64,000 nucleotides of DNA from IMG/VR virus record IMGVR_UViG_3300020123_000589, positions 1 to 64,000 of that record; one strand, 5' to 3'. The notes below the pieces were generated by a model. That model was not told where the DNA came from. It did no database searches and saw only the letters and a program-made list of their open reading frames with translations. Source of the stretch: a virus. Shown piece by piece: positions 11,171-21,809 of this stretch; position 1 is the first letter of the stretch, and the number at the start of each line of letters is the position of its first letter. Made by a program: the position numbers and the translations under genes.

Positions 11171-12298
11171 GTGCAAGTAAATCCTCAGAATTATTTGGCT
11201 GAGCACAATCTTTGGGATATTGATAATTTAAAAGCTCACGCCGAACAGAATAATGTTCAAGTGATTGAGTCTAAAGATTATCCGTTTCTTGTTATGTTGC
11301 ATTATAAAAATGATTGTGTTTGGGATAATAACTGGAGCCCTTTTGCGCGTATGTGTCGGGGACTTATTTTAGATATGCACGATCAAAGGGTCCTAGCCTA
11401 TCCCTATGATAAGTTTTTCAATATGTCCCAAGTTCCCGAAACTAGCTACGATGTTTTAAAAGATAAGAAAGAGTTCGAAATCTCTGAAAAACTTGACGGC
11501 TCAATGATTTTGGTGTTCCAAGATCCTTCTACTGGAGAGTATGTAGCCACCACTAAAGGGTCCTTTGGAAGTGAACATGGCAAATTCGCTACGTCAATAT
11601 TACCAAATTCTATTAAACAAACTAAATGGGTTGAAGAGTATACATTAATGTTTGAGTTGATTTCTAGAGAGTTTCGTATAGTAATCGACTACAAAGCAAA
11701 AGGATACGCAGAAGGGCTTTATTTAATTGGCGCAAGAGAACGCAAAACAAATAGGTTGCTTACCTACTCTGAGGTGGCCGAATTAGCTGCCTCGCTTTCG
11801 ATTCCAGCCCCGAAGAGTTACTCCTTTGACTCCTTGGACCAGTTGGTGGAAAAGACGAAGGATTTGCCTATGTCCGAAGAGGGCTTTGTTTTACGTTATC
11901 CCGATGGGTTAATGGTTAAAGTGAAGGGTGCCGCTTATTTAAAAGCGCACAAGTTTATAAGCTGTTTGTCTGATAAAAATATCCTTGAAGCGGTAAGTGA
12001 AGGCGTAGAAGGTCCTTTCATAGAAATTTGTCCAGACGAGTTTCAAGCTGACGTGATAGAGAAAATTGCTTATTTTAAAAGCCGTAAGGTTGATCTTTTG
12101 AATCAGTGTTATAAATACTTTGCTGAGGCACCTAAAGAAGAGGGACGTAAAGTTTTTGCTCTTTGGGTCCAAGCCAATGTGACACAGAGCTTGAAGGGCT
12201 GCTTATTTCAATTGATGGATTGCAAGATGTTGAAAGATAAAGACTTGTATGATATAATTAGTAAGACAGAGAAACCGAGTGTGAAAACCAGGATATGA
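11171..12298 (+). CDS. T4 Rnl1-like RNA ligase
   Basis: CRGLI, KFFN, EKLDGS (motif I), FELI, EEGFV, KVK. Confidence 0.9.
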   Translation: MQVNPQNYLAEHNLWDIDNLKAHAEQNNVQVIESKDYPFLVMLHYKNDCVWDNNWSPFARMCRGLILDMHDQRVLAYPYDKFFNMSQVPETSYDVLKDKKEFEISEKLDGSMILVFQDPSTGEYVATTKGSFGSEHGKFATSILPNSIKQTKWVEEYTLMFELISREFRIVIDYKAKGYAEGLYLIGARERKTNRLLTYSEVAELAASLSIPAPKSYSFDSLDQLVEKTKDLPMSEEGFVLRYPDGLMVKVKGAAYLKAHKFISCLSDKNILEAVSEGVEGPFIEICPDEFQADVIEKIAYFKSRKVDLLNQCYKYFAEAPKEEGRKVFALWVQANVTQSLKGCLFQLMDCKMLKDKDLYDIISKTEKPSVKTRI

Positions 12299-12756
12299 TT
12301 AAACAATTTGCAATTGCGGTAGCTTTGGTACAACTAAGTGTGCAAGCATTTGCTATTTGTATTTATAATGCTGACTATAAATTGGTATGCACACATGAAG
12401 CTAGTGTTGTATTACCAGCGAAGGATGCACGAAACATTTTAATGAATCACATGTATCAACAACATGTAGAAGCTATTGATTGGTGGCTTAAGGAAATTAA
12501 TAGTAGAATAGAAAAGGAATCACGACACTTAAATGCATCTACTCGTATAAATGTAACGGCAGCGAGTGGAGAAGTGCAAGAATATTTAGCCTTGACATAT
12601 GAGGACGAAGGATATCATTCTGAATTAACACCAGGATGGGATATGAAAAAGAAGATGCCTGATGGAAGGACATATTTGAGTTTATCGTGGTAATTAAAAT
12701 ATGAAGCCTGATGAAATTATGTTGTTGGCAATAGCCGGAGTACTTATTGGAATATT

Positions 12757-13314
12757 GTGCAACTTTCCAGTTCTAGCTTTCTCGTGCGTTGTTCTAGCTG
12801 GTATTTCCTTTTGGATTGGTATTCAATGACATCTGCATGGGGACAGTTCAGGGATTTTATTAATTCCAAAGAAATTGGATATACCTTCAATCGTCAAAAA
12901 TTATTTGAGAGTCTTTCTAGAATTAACCCATCTACTATAGATGCGTATCGTTCTCTCATTCAACAAGCTAAGTTTATTGTGAGAGTCGGTCGTGGACAGT
13001 ATAAACTTATTTCGCATTTGCCAGAAGGATTGACAATGGGTTCTCTCTTTGCGTTACTGTGTGGAGACAATCTTACGTATGTTGAATCGCTGCAAAATCA
13101 AAAAGATTTTAAAATACTTAAAGATCAATTTATAAAAGAACGTAAGGTAGTACTTTCACAATTGATAGAAGATGCTCAAAAGCATGTCGAGTATGCACAA
13201 ACGATTGAGTTTCCAGCTCTTGGATTAAAGAAACAGATACGAACCTGGAAACGGGAACTGGAGAAAACTCCCAATCCAACCAAAGCATGGCTACAAAAGA
13301 AGAACAGTAAATGA
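12757..13314 (+). CDS. hypothetical protein with internal DNL motif
   Basis: wHTH-like N-terminus (RVGRGQYKL); internal GDNLTYVESL. Confidence 0.5.
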   Translation: MQLSSSSFLVRCSSWYFLLDWYSMTSAWGQFRDFINSKEIGYTFNRQKLFESLSRINPSTIDAYRSLIQQAKFIVRVGRGQYKLISHLPEGLTMGSLFALLCGDNLTYVESLQNQKDFKILKDQFIKERKVVLSQLIEDAQKHVEYAQTIEFPALGLKKQIRTWKRELEKTPNPTKAWLQKKNSK

Positions 13315-13863
13315 AAAGAATTCATAAAATAGATTTTGCTGAAGAATTATTTAACAGGCCAGATGAACGTAAGCCACCGTTAAAAGATGGTATTTTTTAT
13401 TTGAAAGCGACTTTTATTTGTCCAGAATGTGAATACAAAGAAGATGTTCTTATTAATAAAGACAAAGAAGTTTATCATGAATGCAATCAGGGTAATTTTA
13501 GAGCTGTAGTTCCAGAACTTAAAATACCAACATCATCACAGCCAGTTGTAAACGTAAAGGCAATCGAGGCACCGAGAAAAAGGAGAATCAAATGAATAAT
13601 TTGTTACTAGCTTCAGACGTGTTTCTTTTAATGGTGGTCCTATTCTTACTTCGTCGTGATTTTCAAGTGAGATTGGCACGTAAGCATCATAAACGATTGC
13701 CGAGGTAATAGAATGTCTACAAAGATACAAAAGAAAAACTATAAAATTATTATTGGTACTTCTTTCATCCTATTAGGTTTATTAGGTGATTGGCGATTAT
13801 TTTTAAGCACCTTACCAATTGGGTTATTATGGTTTCTTCTCGGTCTGACAATAAGTAAATAAA

Positions 13864-14289
13864 ATGTTAAAACTATTTGTTGATGATTATCGACCCGCTC
13901 CAGAAGGTTGGCATTTAGCTAAGACAATTACGGAAGCGGTTCGTATTTTGTCTGGGCCTGTCTATGCCGATGTTGTGAGCCTCGATCACGATATCATTTA
14001 CCGTGAGGGGAAGCATTCTTTCTCTGAAGAAACTTTTGCTACTGTGGCTCGTTATATTGCATTGATGTCAAAAGAAAGATTGCCTAAGATCGTATACATC
14101 CATACTGCGAATCCAACAGGTGCGAGGGACATTGAAGAAATCTTAGATGGAATTGTACCTACAGAAAGAGTTGGAGATTCTGTTAATTTTGATTTAACAG
14201 CTCCTTCAACATACAAAGAAGATTTAATTAAAGCAGAACAAGAACGGGAAAAGAATGCCCAAGAACATAAATTCGAAGGAGAATTCTAA
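13864..14289 (+). CDS. cyclic-phosphate-processing receiver-domain protein
   Basis: LFVDDYRPAPEGW, VSLDHD, IHTANPTGA motifs. Confidence 0.7.
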   Translation: MLKLFVDDYRPAPEGWHLAKTITEAVRILSGPVYADVVSLDHDIIYREGKHSFSEETFATVARYIALMSKERLPKIVYIHTANPTGARDIEEILDGIVPTERVGDSVNFDLTAPSTYKEDLIKAEQEREKNAQEHKFEGEF

Positions 14290-15284
14290 TGGCTAAAAAT
14301 AAACCAACTAAACCAAAAAATATTTGGCAATATTCTAACTGGCTTTGTAAATCTGGAAGGATTACCCAAGAAGAATACGCAACCCTTTGCCAATTTGCGG
14401 ATAAATTGGAACAAGATACATTTGATCTTTGCTTAGAATAAAAGTATGCATTGGCCTCGGCACTGCTTTACTTGTAAAGTGTGGAGAAACAAAACAATTC
14501 GTGGATGGTGGTGCTTTTATTTTCACAAGACATCTTGTATAGTTTTAGGATGTTGTGCGGAGAAATAGTATGAAGAATAAAATTGGTTGGCCCGAAGCAT
14601 TGAAAGCGGTTGTTTATTATCTGGTAATAGGTTGGGTTCTTTCTTCCATAGCGTCTTGTACGGCCAGAGCTATTGAAGCAGGAAAACAGATTGGACAACC
14701 ACGACATATACATGCAGTAGGAGAAAAATATGAACGATGACAACATTGTACCTAAAAGACTTTATAATATAAAATTATTGAATGAGGATTTACAAAAGCA
14801 AAATAACGATTTCTTTACCGCAGAGAATGTAAAGATTTCTCCCGCAGGTGTATTAGAAGCCGATAGAGTTTGGCAGGATGTGGAGTTTACAACCAAAGTA
14901 TTTTATTCCGGCCCATATTTAATTACAGAGCTTGGACCTGATGAATTAGAAGAATGGTTTTCTCCAGAACAGAATCATCACCACCATCATGAGCACGAAG
15001 AGGATGAGGAATAATTATGGATGACAAGAAATTTAAAGAAATGGCTGAGTTTGAAGCGCAGAATGATTGTACCGTAATTTCTCCGTTCTTTGCTAGGCAA
15101 ATTGAAGAAGCAAAACAAGCCGAAGAACAAATTAAACAAAAGCAACATTTCTTTTATGTTATCTTACAAGACAGGGAAAGAAAGATTGTTGACATTACAC
15201 ATTACAACGATTATGATGTTGCTTTAATGCGCGGAATGGAAAAGTCTAAAGAGACTGGAACATACTGGTCGATCTATTCCCTTA

Positions 15285-15500
15285 ATGGTAAATTTGTGGA
15301 TGGCAACTTTGTTGGAAAATAAGTTACCTTGTATTATTTGTAACAAAGAATGGATTGAGCATCATCTAGCAGAATATTATGGAGATTTGTTTCTCCCTTT
15401 TTGTTATCCTGTTAAATCAAATAATCCTATGGCACATTATACACCAATGAATAATCTGGATTACATAGAGTACCTTGCAAAACAGAGGAACTTGGTGTAA
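15285..15500 (+). CDS. DNL-tag family, class A variant
   Basis: CIIC..EH..FC..PMNNLDYIEYLAKQRNLV. Confidence 0.7.
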   Translation: MVNLWMATLLENKLPCIICNKEWIEHHLAEYYGDLFLPFCYPVKSNNPMAHYTPMNNLDYIEYLAKQRNLV

Positions 15501-15747
15501 AGTTATGAGAAGGGATTATTTAGATGGGTCGTGGAATTGGGACATATGTGGCAATTGTAAACATCACCATCTCAGCCATACAAATTGGTCCGAGGTAGGA
15601 TCAGGAAAATTGGAATGGGTAGAACGTTGTCGTGTTACACATTACGGACCATCTAAATTAGAAAAGCAATGTAGCTGTACTGAATGGGTACCAAAAGATA
15701 ATCTGGACCTCATTGAATTTTTAGCTGAAAAAAGAAATTTAGTTTAA
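15475..15747 (+). CDS. DNL-tag family, class A
   Basis: CGNCKH..H..C..CSC..PKDNLDLIEFLAEKRNLV. Confidence 0.7.
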   Translation: MQNRGTWCKVMRRDYLDGSWNWDICGNCKHHHLSHTNWSEVGSGKLEWVERCRVTHYGPSKLEKQCSCTEWVPKDNLDLIEFLAEKRNLV

Positions 15748-15972
15748 AAGGAGAGATTTGATGTTACATGGATTGTTATTTGTATTTTTAGCTAGTGTTG
15801 TTGCACGAGTTGGTTGGGGCTTTGGTGGGAAGCTTGTTTTCGTTTATAATTGGACCGTTTGGAAAGTGGTACCAAACAAAATTGTTACTCAGTTAACTAT
15901 TAATTAAAAAATGAACAACCGTTTCGGAGAACTTAAGCCGAAACTATTTTAACAAAAGGATGGATAAATAAA

Positions 15973-16311
15973 ATGCCTGAAAGACCGTTAGGACCCGCAG
16001 ATTGGCTAAAGAGAACAGTGACGGACTTTGACAAAGCAAATGCACCCGCACCACAGGTTGAAGAAGTAAAGAAAGAACTCGTAGAAGAAGTAGTAAGACT
16101 TGATCCAGCCGCTCCACCAGTGAAAGTAGAAGAGCCCGTGAAGGTTGAGGAAGTAGCAAAGCCAGTACCACCCGTTGTTGAAGAGCCTAAGCTTGATGCA
16201 ACACCAGCTTCAACGGTGCCACCAGCAGTAGCTTCACCAGCACCTGTTGTTACACCAGCTCCAGTTACAACGCCTGTATCTGCACAGCCACCTACTTCTC
16301 CCCTAAAGTAA
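15973..16311 (+). CDS. Pro/Val/Glu-rich low-complexity protein
   Basis: PVKVEE repeats and a PAV/PV-rich tail. Confidence 0.6.
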   Translation: MPERPLGPADWLKRTVTDFDKANAPAPQVEEVKKELVEEVVRLDPAAPPVKVEEPVKVEEVAKPVPPVVEEPKLDATPASTVPPAVASPAPVVTPAPVTTPVSAQPPTSPLK

Positions 16312-16326
16312 TTTAGGGAGAGTAGG

Positions 16327-16590
16327 ATGCGAGTAGTACATTGTAAAAAAGAACCTTATGATGTTTATATTGGTCGCCCTGGACCATGGGGAAATCCATT
16401 TGTTATTGGACCCGATGGTACCAGGGAAGAGGTTGTAGAAAAATATCGAACGTGGCTGTTTACAAAGCCTGAATTGATAGCAAAAGCTAAAGCAGAATTG
16501 GCTGGAAAAGTATTAGGATGTTGGTGCTCACCTCAAGCATGTCACGGAGATGTCTTAATGGAGATTGCTCAAGAAGGAAAATTAATATGA
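16327..16590 (+). CDS. DUF4326 family protein
   Basis: DVYIGRP..WGNPF, L.GK.LGCWC.P..CHGDVL. Confidence 0.85.
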   Translation: MRVVHCKKEPYDVYIGRPGPWGNPFVIGPDGTREEVVEKYRTWLFTKPELIAKAKAELAGKVLGCWCSPQACHGDVLMEIAQEGKLI

Positions 16591-17363
16591 TAGCTTTCCT
16601 TTGGGGTTTAATAGCTTGGACAGAAGGACATCCTTTCAAAGCTGCCTATAAAGAAATGAAAGAATTTAACAAATATCATGATAAATAATCCTTTTCATTT
16701 GGATATCAAAGGTTGTGTGAAAAGCAAGGGGGTTATTTGTATCCCCTTGCCGGAACTTATTAAATTGTTTGATAAGTTTCCTTATCACCTTGGGAAGGAT
16801 TTTAAAGAACTTCTTGGACAAGCAAATGTATCAGAGAAAATTCAGGAGGTTAACGAGGAAGCCAAATGAATAACAAATTAAAATGGGCCATTGGAATATT
16901 GGTAGCGGTAGGCTTGGCAACATTATTTAGATGGGCTTATTTATACGAGAAACAACAAGAACAACTATACTATAACATTTGCCGTGAGCACGGTGGTTCA
17001 GACGCTGATTGTAAATTGTTTGCTACTTATGCGGGAAATATAAAGATCCATCTTGCAAATGGAGAGACAATATCAAGAAGTTAATGAGGAAATGAAATGA
17101 AAAGATTAATCGCATTGAGTGTGTTGGGATTATTACTGTCTGGATGCAGTGTTTCACATTCTTTAATAAATAGAAAGCATGAAATAGTTTGTTACGATGT
17201 TACTTCTAAAGTTACAACATATAATATTGTAACCTCTGGAAATGTTTATGCTTTTGTGGTACAAGGACATTCAGTATTGGCATTTTATGTAGACGGCGAC
17301 AAGCAAATACAACTCATTTCTCTCGTTAAGAATAGTTGTACGATTTACTAGGAGGTGTAAGAT

Positions 17364-17894
17364 ATGCGTGTTTATCTGTCAGGTTCAATGGGTTCTAGGT
17401 TTGCAGAGGAAGTAAAGGCTGAACGTGCCGAAGCTTCTGAAGCTCTCGCAAAGGTTGGTGTTCATGCCGTAGATCCAGCAGCCGCAGAGAAACAGCTGTG
17501 GGGTGAACACAACAAATCCAAGATTCAGACAAACATGAAGATGAGAATTATGGAAGCAATGGTTCGCCAGGATCGCTGGTTGATTAGGCGTTGCGACGCA
17601 CTACTTGTTCTTACGGGCGATAGCCCAAGTGATGGTACATGGCATGAAACTGCCTATGCTCTTCAACTTGGAATTCCTGTAATTATGATTTCCCCAAGAC
17701 GTTGCCAGAAGAAGAACCCATTGGTGGGTTGGAGCAATGTTTTAATTAGGGACATTGTACCAGACCTCAAGGCAGCTTGTCGTCTTCTCAAGCGCAGGTA
17801 CTTGAAGGATGAAGAGGAACATAAATCGTATTTCAATGCCGCCATAAAGAATGCAAAAAGAAGCATTAAAAACGATAAGCGCAAAAAGCATTGA
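17364..17894 (+). CDS. nucleoside 2-deoxyribosyltransferase-like hydrolase
   Basis: RVYLSGSM, D..LI..CD.LLV, SDGTWHE..YA..LGIPVI. Confidence 0.75.
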   Translation: MRVYLSGSMGSRFAEEVKAERAEASEALAKVGVHAVDPAAAEKQLWGEHNKSKIQTNMKMRIMEAMVRQDRWLIRRCDALLVLTGDSPSDGTWHETAYALQLGIPVIMISPRRCQKKNPLVGWSNVLIRDIVPDLKAACRLLKRRYLKDEEEHKSYFNAAIKNAKRSIKNDKRKKH

Positions 17895-17919
17895 CAAACA
17901 TAGCAAAATCTGCTATACT
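17891..17919 (+). promoter_or_regulatory. sigma70-type promoter (probably leaderless transcript)
   Basis: TTGACA-17 nt-TATACT with TGn; ATG at 17926. Confidence 0.8.
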
Positions 17920-17925
17920 GTAAGC

Positions 17926-18138
17926 ATGGAAAAATGTATAATTTGTGGGCATGATCGAACTGTCCATGGCCGCCCAAGTGGATGGCACCCAGGGTTAACA
18001 TTTTGTGTGAAGTGTTTAGAACTAACACTAGATTTTCCAAATATAGAATCATTACCTTCATCACATCAAATGTATCACAATTTCAATGACAACCTTCTCT
18101 ACATTGAACGCTTGGCCAAAGAAAGAAATTTGATATGA
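17926..18138 (+). CDS. DNL-tag family, class A
   Basis: MEKCIICGH..H..CVKC..HNFNDNLLYIERLAKERNLI. Confidence 0.75.
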   Translation: MEKCIICGHDRTVHGRPSGWHPGLTFCVKCLELTLDFPNIESLPSSHQMYHNFNDNLLYIERLAKERNLI

Positions 18139-18362
18139 TGATTAAAGCAACACATTTATGTCGTTGTGGGCATCAAGCAAATTCACATACTTCTGGAGTA
18201 TTCCCTTGCGACCATCCTGATGGGGTTCCTCTTGAAGTAGTTCAGAACAACAGCTATTCTAATTGTGGAAAATGTTCTAGTAGCGGTGGTACTTGTAAAC
18301 ATTTCGAATTACCTAATCTGGACCTTATTGAATATTTAGCTGAGAAGCGAGGATTGATTTAA
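18135..18362 (+). CDS. DNL-tag family, class A
   Basis: CRCGH..H..CGKC..CKHFELPNLDLIEYLAEKRGLI. Confidence 0.75.
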   Translation: MMIKATHLCRCGHQANSHTSGVFPCDHPDGVPLEVVQNNSYSNCGKCSSSGGTCKHFELPNLDLIEYLAEKRGLI

Positions 18363-18811
18363 TATGGAAGATAGGGATAACATTCGCGTTGACCTTCTTA
18401 AGTTTCGCCGTAAAGCGTATTTGTCTTATTCAGAGAATTCTCCAGAAAGAAAGAAGTTCCTAAAAACAATTTTAGAAAATGAATTACGATTTAAAGAAAA
18501 AGACATTCCTAAAGATTTAGTTAATTTCCTGATAGAAGGGGATAGGGTAGTGTTGCAAGATACTATTAAAGAAATTGTTCTTTGTGTTATAGGGATTGCT
18601 TTATCTTGGACGGTTGCTGTTCTTGGCCGTCCGTTATTTCATGGGATTATTTCTTCTATTTTTGCTGGTGCGGGTATTGGATGTTTGTTGGCTGCAATTC
18701 GACATGGGTACGATTATTTTAAATATCGTAAAAGTCTTAATGTCATAAAGCAATATTCAAATGATATGAGACAGCAAATGAATAGAATTTCTAACGAGAT
18801 TAAACGATTGG

Positions 18812-19150
18812 ATGGACCGTATGGATTTTAAAGCGGGGGATTTTGTTCATTGCTCTGGAATGCCAGAAGAAACTAGGATAGTAATTCATCCAACAGGAAT
18901 AGGTTTGGGTCACACAGAGAAAGAAATTATGGTTTTGGCACTAGGAGAAAGTTCAAAAGGGTATTACAATAATGTAATTAGAGGTTCTGGGTATGTAAAA
19001 ACAACCCCGTCTAAGAAACTCGTTGAAGATGCAAAAGATAAGATTAAAAAGTCTTTGTTAAGTATACGTAGGAATGGACATATCTACGTAGATAATTTGA
19101 CATACATCGAAATAACTGCTAGACTGAGAGAGTATGAAAAAGAAATTTAA
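18812..19150 (+). CDS. DNL-tag family, class B
   Basis: FKAGDFV N-terminus; VDNLTYIEITARLREY. Confidence 0.7.
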   Translation: MDRMDFKAGDFVHCSGMPEETRIVIHPTGIGLGHTEKEIMVLALGESSKGYYNNVIRGSGYVKTTPSKKLVEDAKDKIKKSLLSIRRNGHIYVDNLTYIEITARLREYEKEI

Positions 19151-19508
19151 TTATTGGGAGATTGTTCATACCGTTTATCCAGAGGACGCTGCCGCAAAAG
19201 ATGCTTATGGAATTGTATTCGATAACCGTAATAAAAGTGGACCTTATGGAGGTTGGTACCCATTACAGCCAATCATTGGGTATTTGAACTGGAAAAGCGG
19301 AGATCAAGAATTTGTTAATATCCATAATATTCGTGAAATAGAACAGTACGGTTATAAGATGCATGTAGCTAAACCCGTCACAAAAGAGATTATTAAAGGA
19401 CTTAAGTATAATTTTTATTTTATGAATAAACATTACAAATGGTTTGATAATCTTTCACTAATAGAAGTATTGGACAAACTGAATGAATACAGTCGAGCAA
19501 TTTCATAA
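19134..19508 (+). CDS. DNL-tag family, class B
   Basis: FDNLSLIEVLDKLNEY. Confidence 0.7.
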   Translation: MKKKFNYWEIVHTVYPEDAAAKDAYGIVFDNRNKSGPYGGWYPLQPIIGYLNWKSGDQEFVNIHNIREIEQYGYKMHVAKPVTKEIIKGLKYNFYFMNKHYKWFDNLSLIEVLDKLNEYSRAIS

Positions 19509-20667
19509 TTTAATAATTACCTGTCAGCCAATCGATCTCAGAGATTTCAAAGAGATTATTGGAGAGCTTTTGCCTTTAGAAACCTGTCAACAAGATCCAA
19601 CATGGCATGGCGAGGGTGACGTACTTTCCCATACCAATCTTGTGATGAAAGAAACTCTTGAACAGATGCAAAATGTCCGTGAAGGTTTCCCAAGAATTGC
19701 TTTATACATCGCCGCACTTTTGCACGACATCGGCAAACCAGATACAGCCAAACCAAAGAAGAATGGATTTAATAGCTTTCACGGTCATGAGAAGGCAGGT
19801 GTATGGAGAGCAAAAGAATTCCTAAAGAAATACTTCCCACAATTTAATTTTCGCCAACGTGATCTTATTTTAAATTTGGTTGAGTATCACGGCCATCCCA
19901 AACGAATGATTGAAGATGGTTCTAATGATGATAAATTTAAAAAGCTTTCTCTTGAAGTTCCTACACATCTAGTTTATAATTTAGAGATGGCTGATTTCAA
20001 AGGCCGTATTGCAAACGACATTCCAAAGGCACTTGTTGTTCTCGATCAGTTTAAAAAGCGATGTGAGGACTTAAATATTTATGGGAAGACTTATCAAATT
20101 CCTAACTCTAAAGACCTTACAAATCTCCAGTATTCTATTTTTCGATGGAACATTCTGATGCACCATAAGAAAGAAGATGATCAAAAAGAGATTGACAGGA
20201 TTATCAAATTGACCGATAAGCCGAATCATCCTTTAGAACTTACCCTATTGATTGGTGTTCCTGGGAGTGGTAAGACCACGTATCGAAACACACTGACAAA
20301 TAGCAAGGTTATTAGCATGGATGAAGAAAGAATTAGGTTGTGTGGTGATGTAAATGATATGTCCAAAAACCAGGAAGTATTTAATAACTGCTTTAAAGAG
20401 TTGAATAAGAGCTTAAGAGTTGGTGAGAATGTTATTTGGGATGCCACCAACCGCACAAGAAAAATACGTAAAACGCTCATAGATGCCGCTAGAAGCCACG
20501 GAGCCTGGGTTTCCATCATCTACTGGGATCTTACGATAGAAACCCTCTTAAAACGAAACGCTGAGCGTGAGAAGGTCGTTCCAGATGACATTGTGTGGCG
20601 GTTTTACAAGGACCTAGAAACCCCAGCTTCATATGAGTATGAGAAGTTGCATGTGTTTGAAGAATGA
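19483..20667 (+). CDS. HD phosphohydrolase fused to P-loop polynucleotide kinase
   Basis: WHGEGDVLSHT, ALLHDIGKP, GHE..G; GVPGSGKTT, IWDATN, RN..R. Confidence 0.85.
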   Translation: MNTVEQFHNLIITCQPIDLRDFKEIIGELLPLETCQQDPTWHGEGDVLSHTNLVMKETLEQMQNVREGFPRIALYIAALLHDIGKPDTAKPKKNGFNSFHGHEKAGVWRAKEFLKKYFPQFNFRQRDLILNLVEYHGHPKRMIEDGSNDDKFKKLSLEVPTHLVYNLEMADFKGRIANDIPKALVVLDQFKKRCEDLNIYGKTYQIPNSKDLTNLQYSIFRWNILMHHKKEDDQKEIDRIIKLTDKPNHPLELTLLIGVPGSGKTTYRNTLTNSKVISMDEERIRLCGDVNDMSKNQEVFNNCFKELNKSLRVGENVIWDATNRTRKIRKTLIDAARSHGAWVSIIYWDLTIETLLKRNAEREKVVPDDIVWRFYKDLETPASYEYEKLHVFEE

Positions 20668-20849
20668 TTTGTTATAAATGTAAACACGAGGAGTATGAGC
20701 ATAGGTGTTCAGAAGCATACCCCAACATCCCATTATGTTGGTATTGCTTTGGAAGTGTTAACCCCTGGAAAATAGATCCTTACCACAATTTCCAAATGGA
20801 CAATTTGGATCTTATAGAACATCTAGCTAAAGAACGTAATTTAATATGA
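20664..20849 (+). CDS. DNL-tag family, class A
   Basis: CYKCKH..H..CWYC..HNFQMDNLDLIEHLAKERNLI. Confidence 0.75.
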   Translation: MICYKCKHEEYEHRCSEAYPNIPLCWYCFGSVNPWKIDPYHNFQMDNLDLIEHLAKERNLI

Positions 20850-20986
20850 AAGATTATTCACCCATTCCAATTGATATAGAAGCATTCAAGGCCGCTTTAA
20901 AATCTGAATTTGACAATGGCTACATAGACAATCTTCGATATATTGAACTTCTTGATTGGTTAAAACAATATGAAAAAGAAACCTGA
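20846..20986 (+). CDS. DNL-tag family, class B (46 aa, not in ORF track)
   Basis: Translated by hand: MKDYSPIPIDIEAFKAALKSEFDNGYIDNLRYIELLDWLKQYEKET. Confidence 0.7.
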   Translation: MKDYSPIPIDIEAFKAALKSEFDNGYIDNLRYIELLDWLKQYEKET

Positions 20987-21293
20987 ATTTGTTGAGTGGG
21001 TAGATTTGAAAGTGGGGGATTTCGTAGAATCAAAAGACTCTTATCTTTTCTGCTTTTCCATTGGAAATGTTTTTGGTGGGCCAAGCTGTTTGGGACAAGG
21101 CAAACCAAAAGTTAATAACCCCGATATTGAATACATAAATCAGTGGCTTATTTTTGGAAAGTATAAACGATTTACACCATCAAAACCATTTATAAAATTG
21201 TGTAAGAAATTACTGAAATACAATCTTAAACAAAAGCATATAGACAACCTCTCATACATAGAATCCCTTGCGTCCCTTAAAAAATATGACTGA
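20970..21293 (+). CDS. DNL-tag family, class B
   Basis: LKVGDFV; IDNLSYIESLASLKKYD. Confidence 0.7.
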   Translation: MKKKPEFVEWVDLKVGDFVESKDSYLFCFSIGNVFGGPSCLGQGKPKVNNPDIEYINQWLIFGKYKRFTPSKPFIKLCKKLLKYNLKQKHIDNLSYIESLASLKKYD

Positions 21294-21483
21294 GTATTGC
21301 ATCTGCGGTCATAAAATAAGTAAACATACTTCTTTTGCTGTGTTAAGTACTTCTTCTAGCGCACAATATTGTTCGGAATGCTTTCACTCTAAAAATTTTA
21401 TACCTGGGCATTGGGTACACCCGTTCAAACTTGATAATCTCAAACTGATAGAAGACTTAGCAAAACAAAAGAATTTGATATGA
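21286..21483 (+). CDS. DNL-tag family, class A
   Basis: CICGH..H..CSEC..HPFKLDNLKLIEDLAKQKNLI. Confidence 0.75.
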   Translation: MTEYCICGHKISKHTSFAVLSTSSSAQYCSECFHSKNFIPGHWVHPFKLDNLKLIEDLAKQKNLI

Positions 21484-21809
21484 CACCCATCAATGAAGTG
21501 CCAGTTGGAAAATTTTGTAGGTTTGCTGGAAATGTTGTTTATATTTATAAAAATAACTTTAAGGATTTTTATGGAGTAATTCCTGTAGTTGGAGTCGTGC
21601 CAAGGTATAAAAAATTTGGATATAGTGTATACGTTTACAAGCGAATTAAAAACGAATGGATTAAAGCAGCAAGAAAACACATAGATAGAATTTACAAAAC
21701 TCCAGATCACATCTTAATGAATAACGGAGTTGTGGTAGAATCTGAGGTAAGGCTAGACAACCTCACTTATATCGAGAATATAGATATTTTAAAATCGTAT
21801 GGAATTTAA
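21480..21809 (+). CDS. DNL-tag family, class B
   Basis: VPVGKFC; LDNLTYIENIDILKSY. Confidence 0.7.
   Translation: MTPINEVPVGKFCRFAGNVVYIYKNNFKDFYGVIPVVGVVPRYKKFGYSVYVYKRIKNEWIKAARKHIDRIYKTPDHILMNNGVVVESEVRLDNLTYIENIDILKSYGI

Noticed and set aside
15921-15950. Hairpin GTTTCGG-N10-CCGAAAC as an intrinsic terminator
   Set aside because: The loop is large and the U-tract weak; insufficient support.
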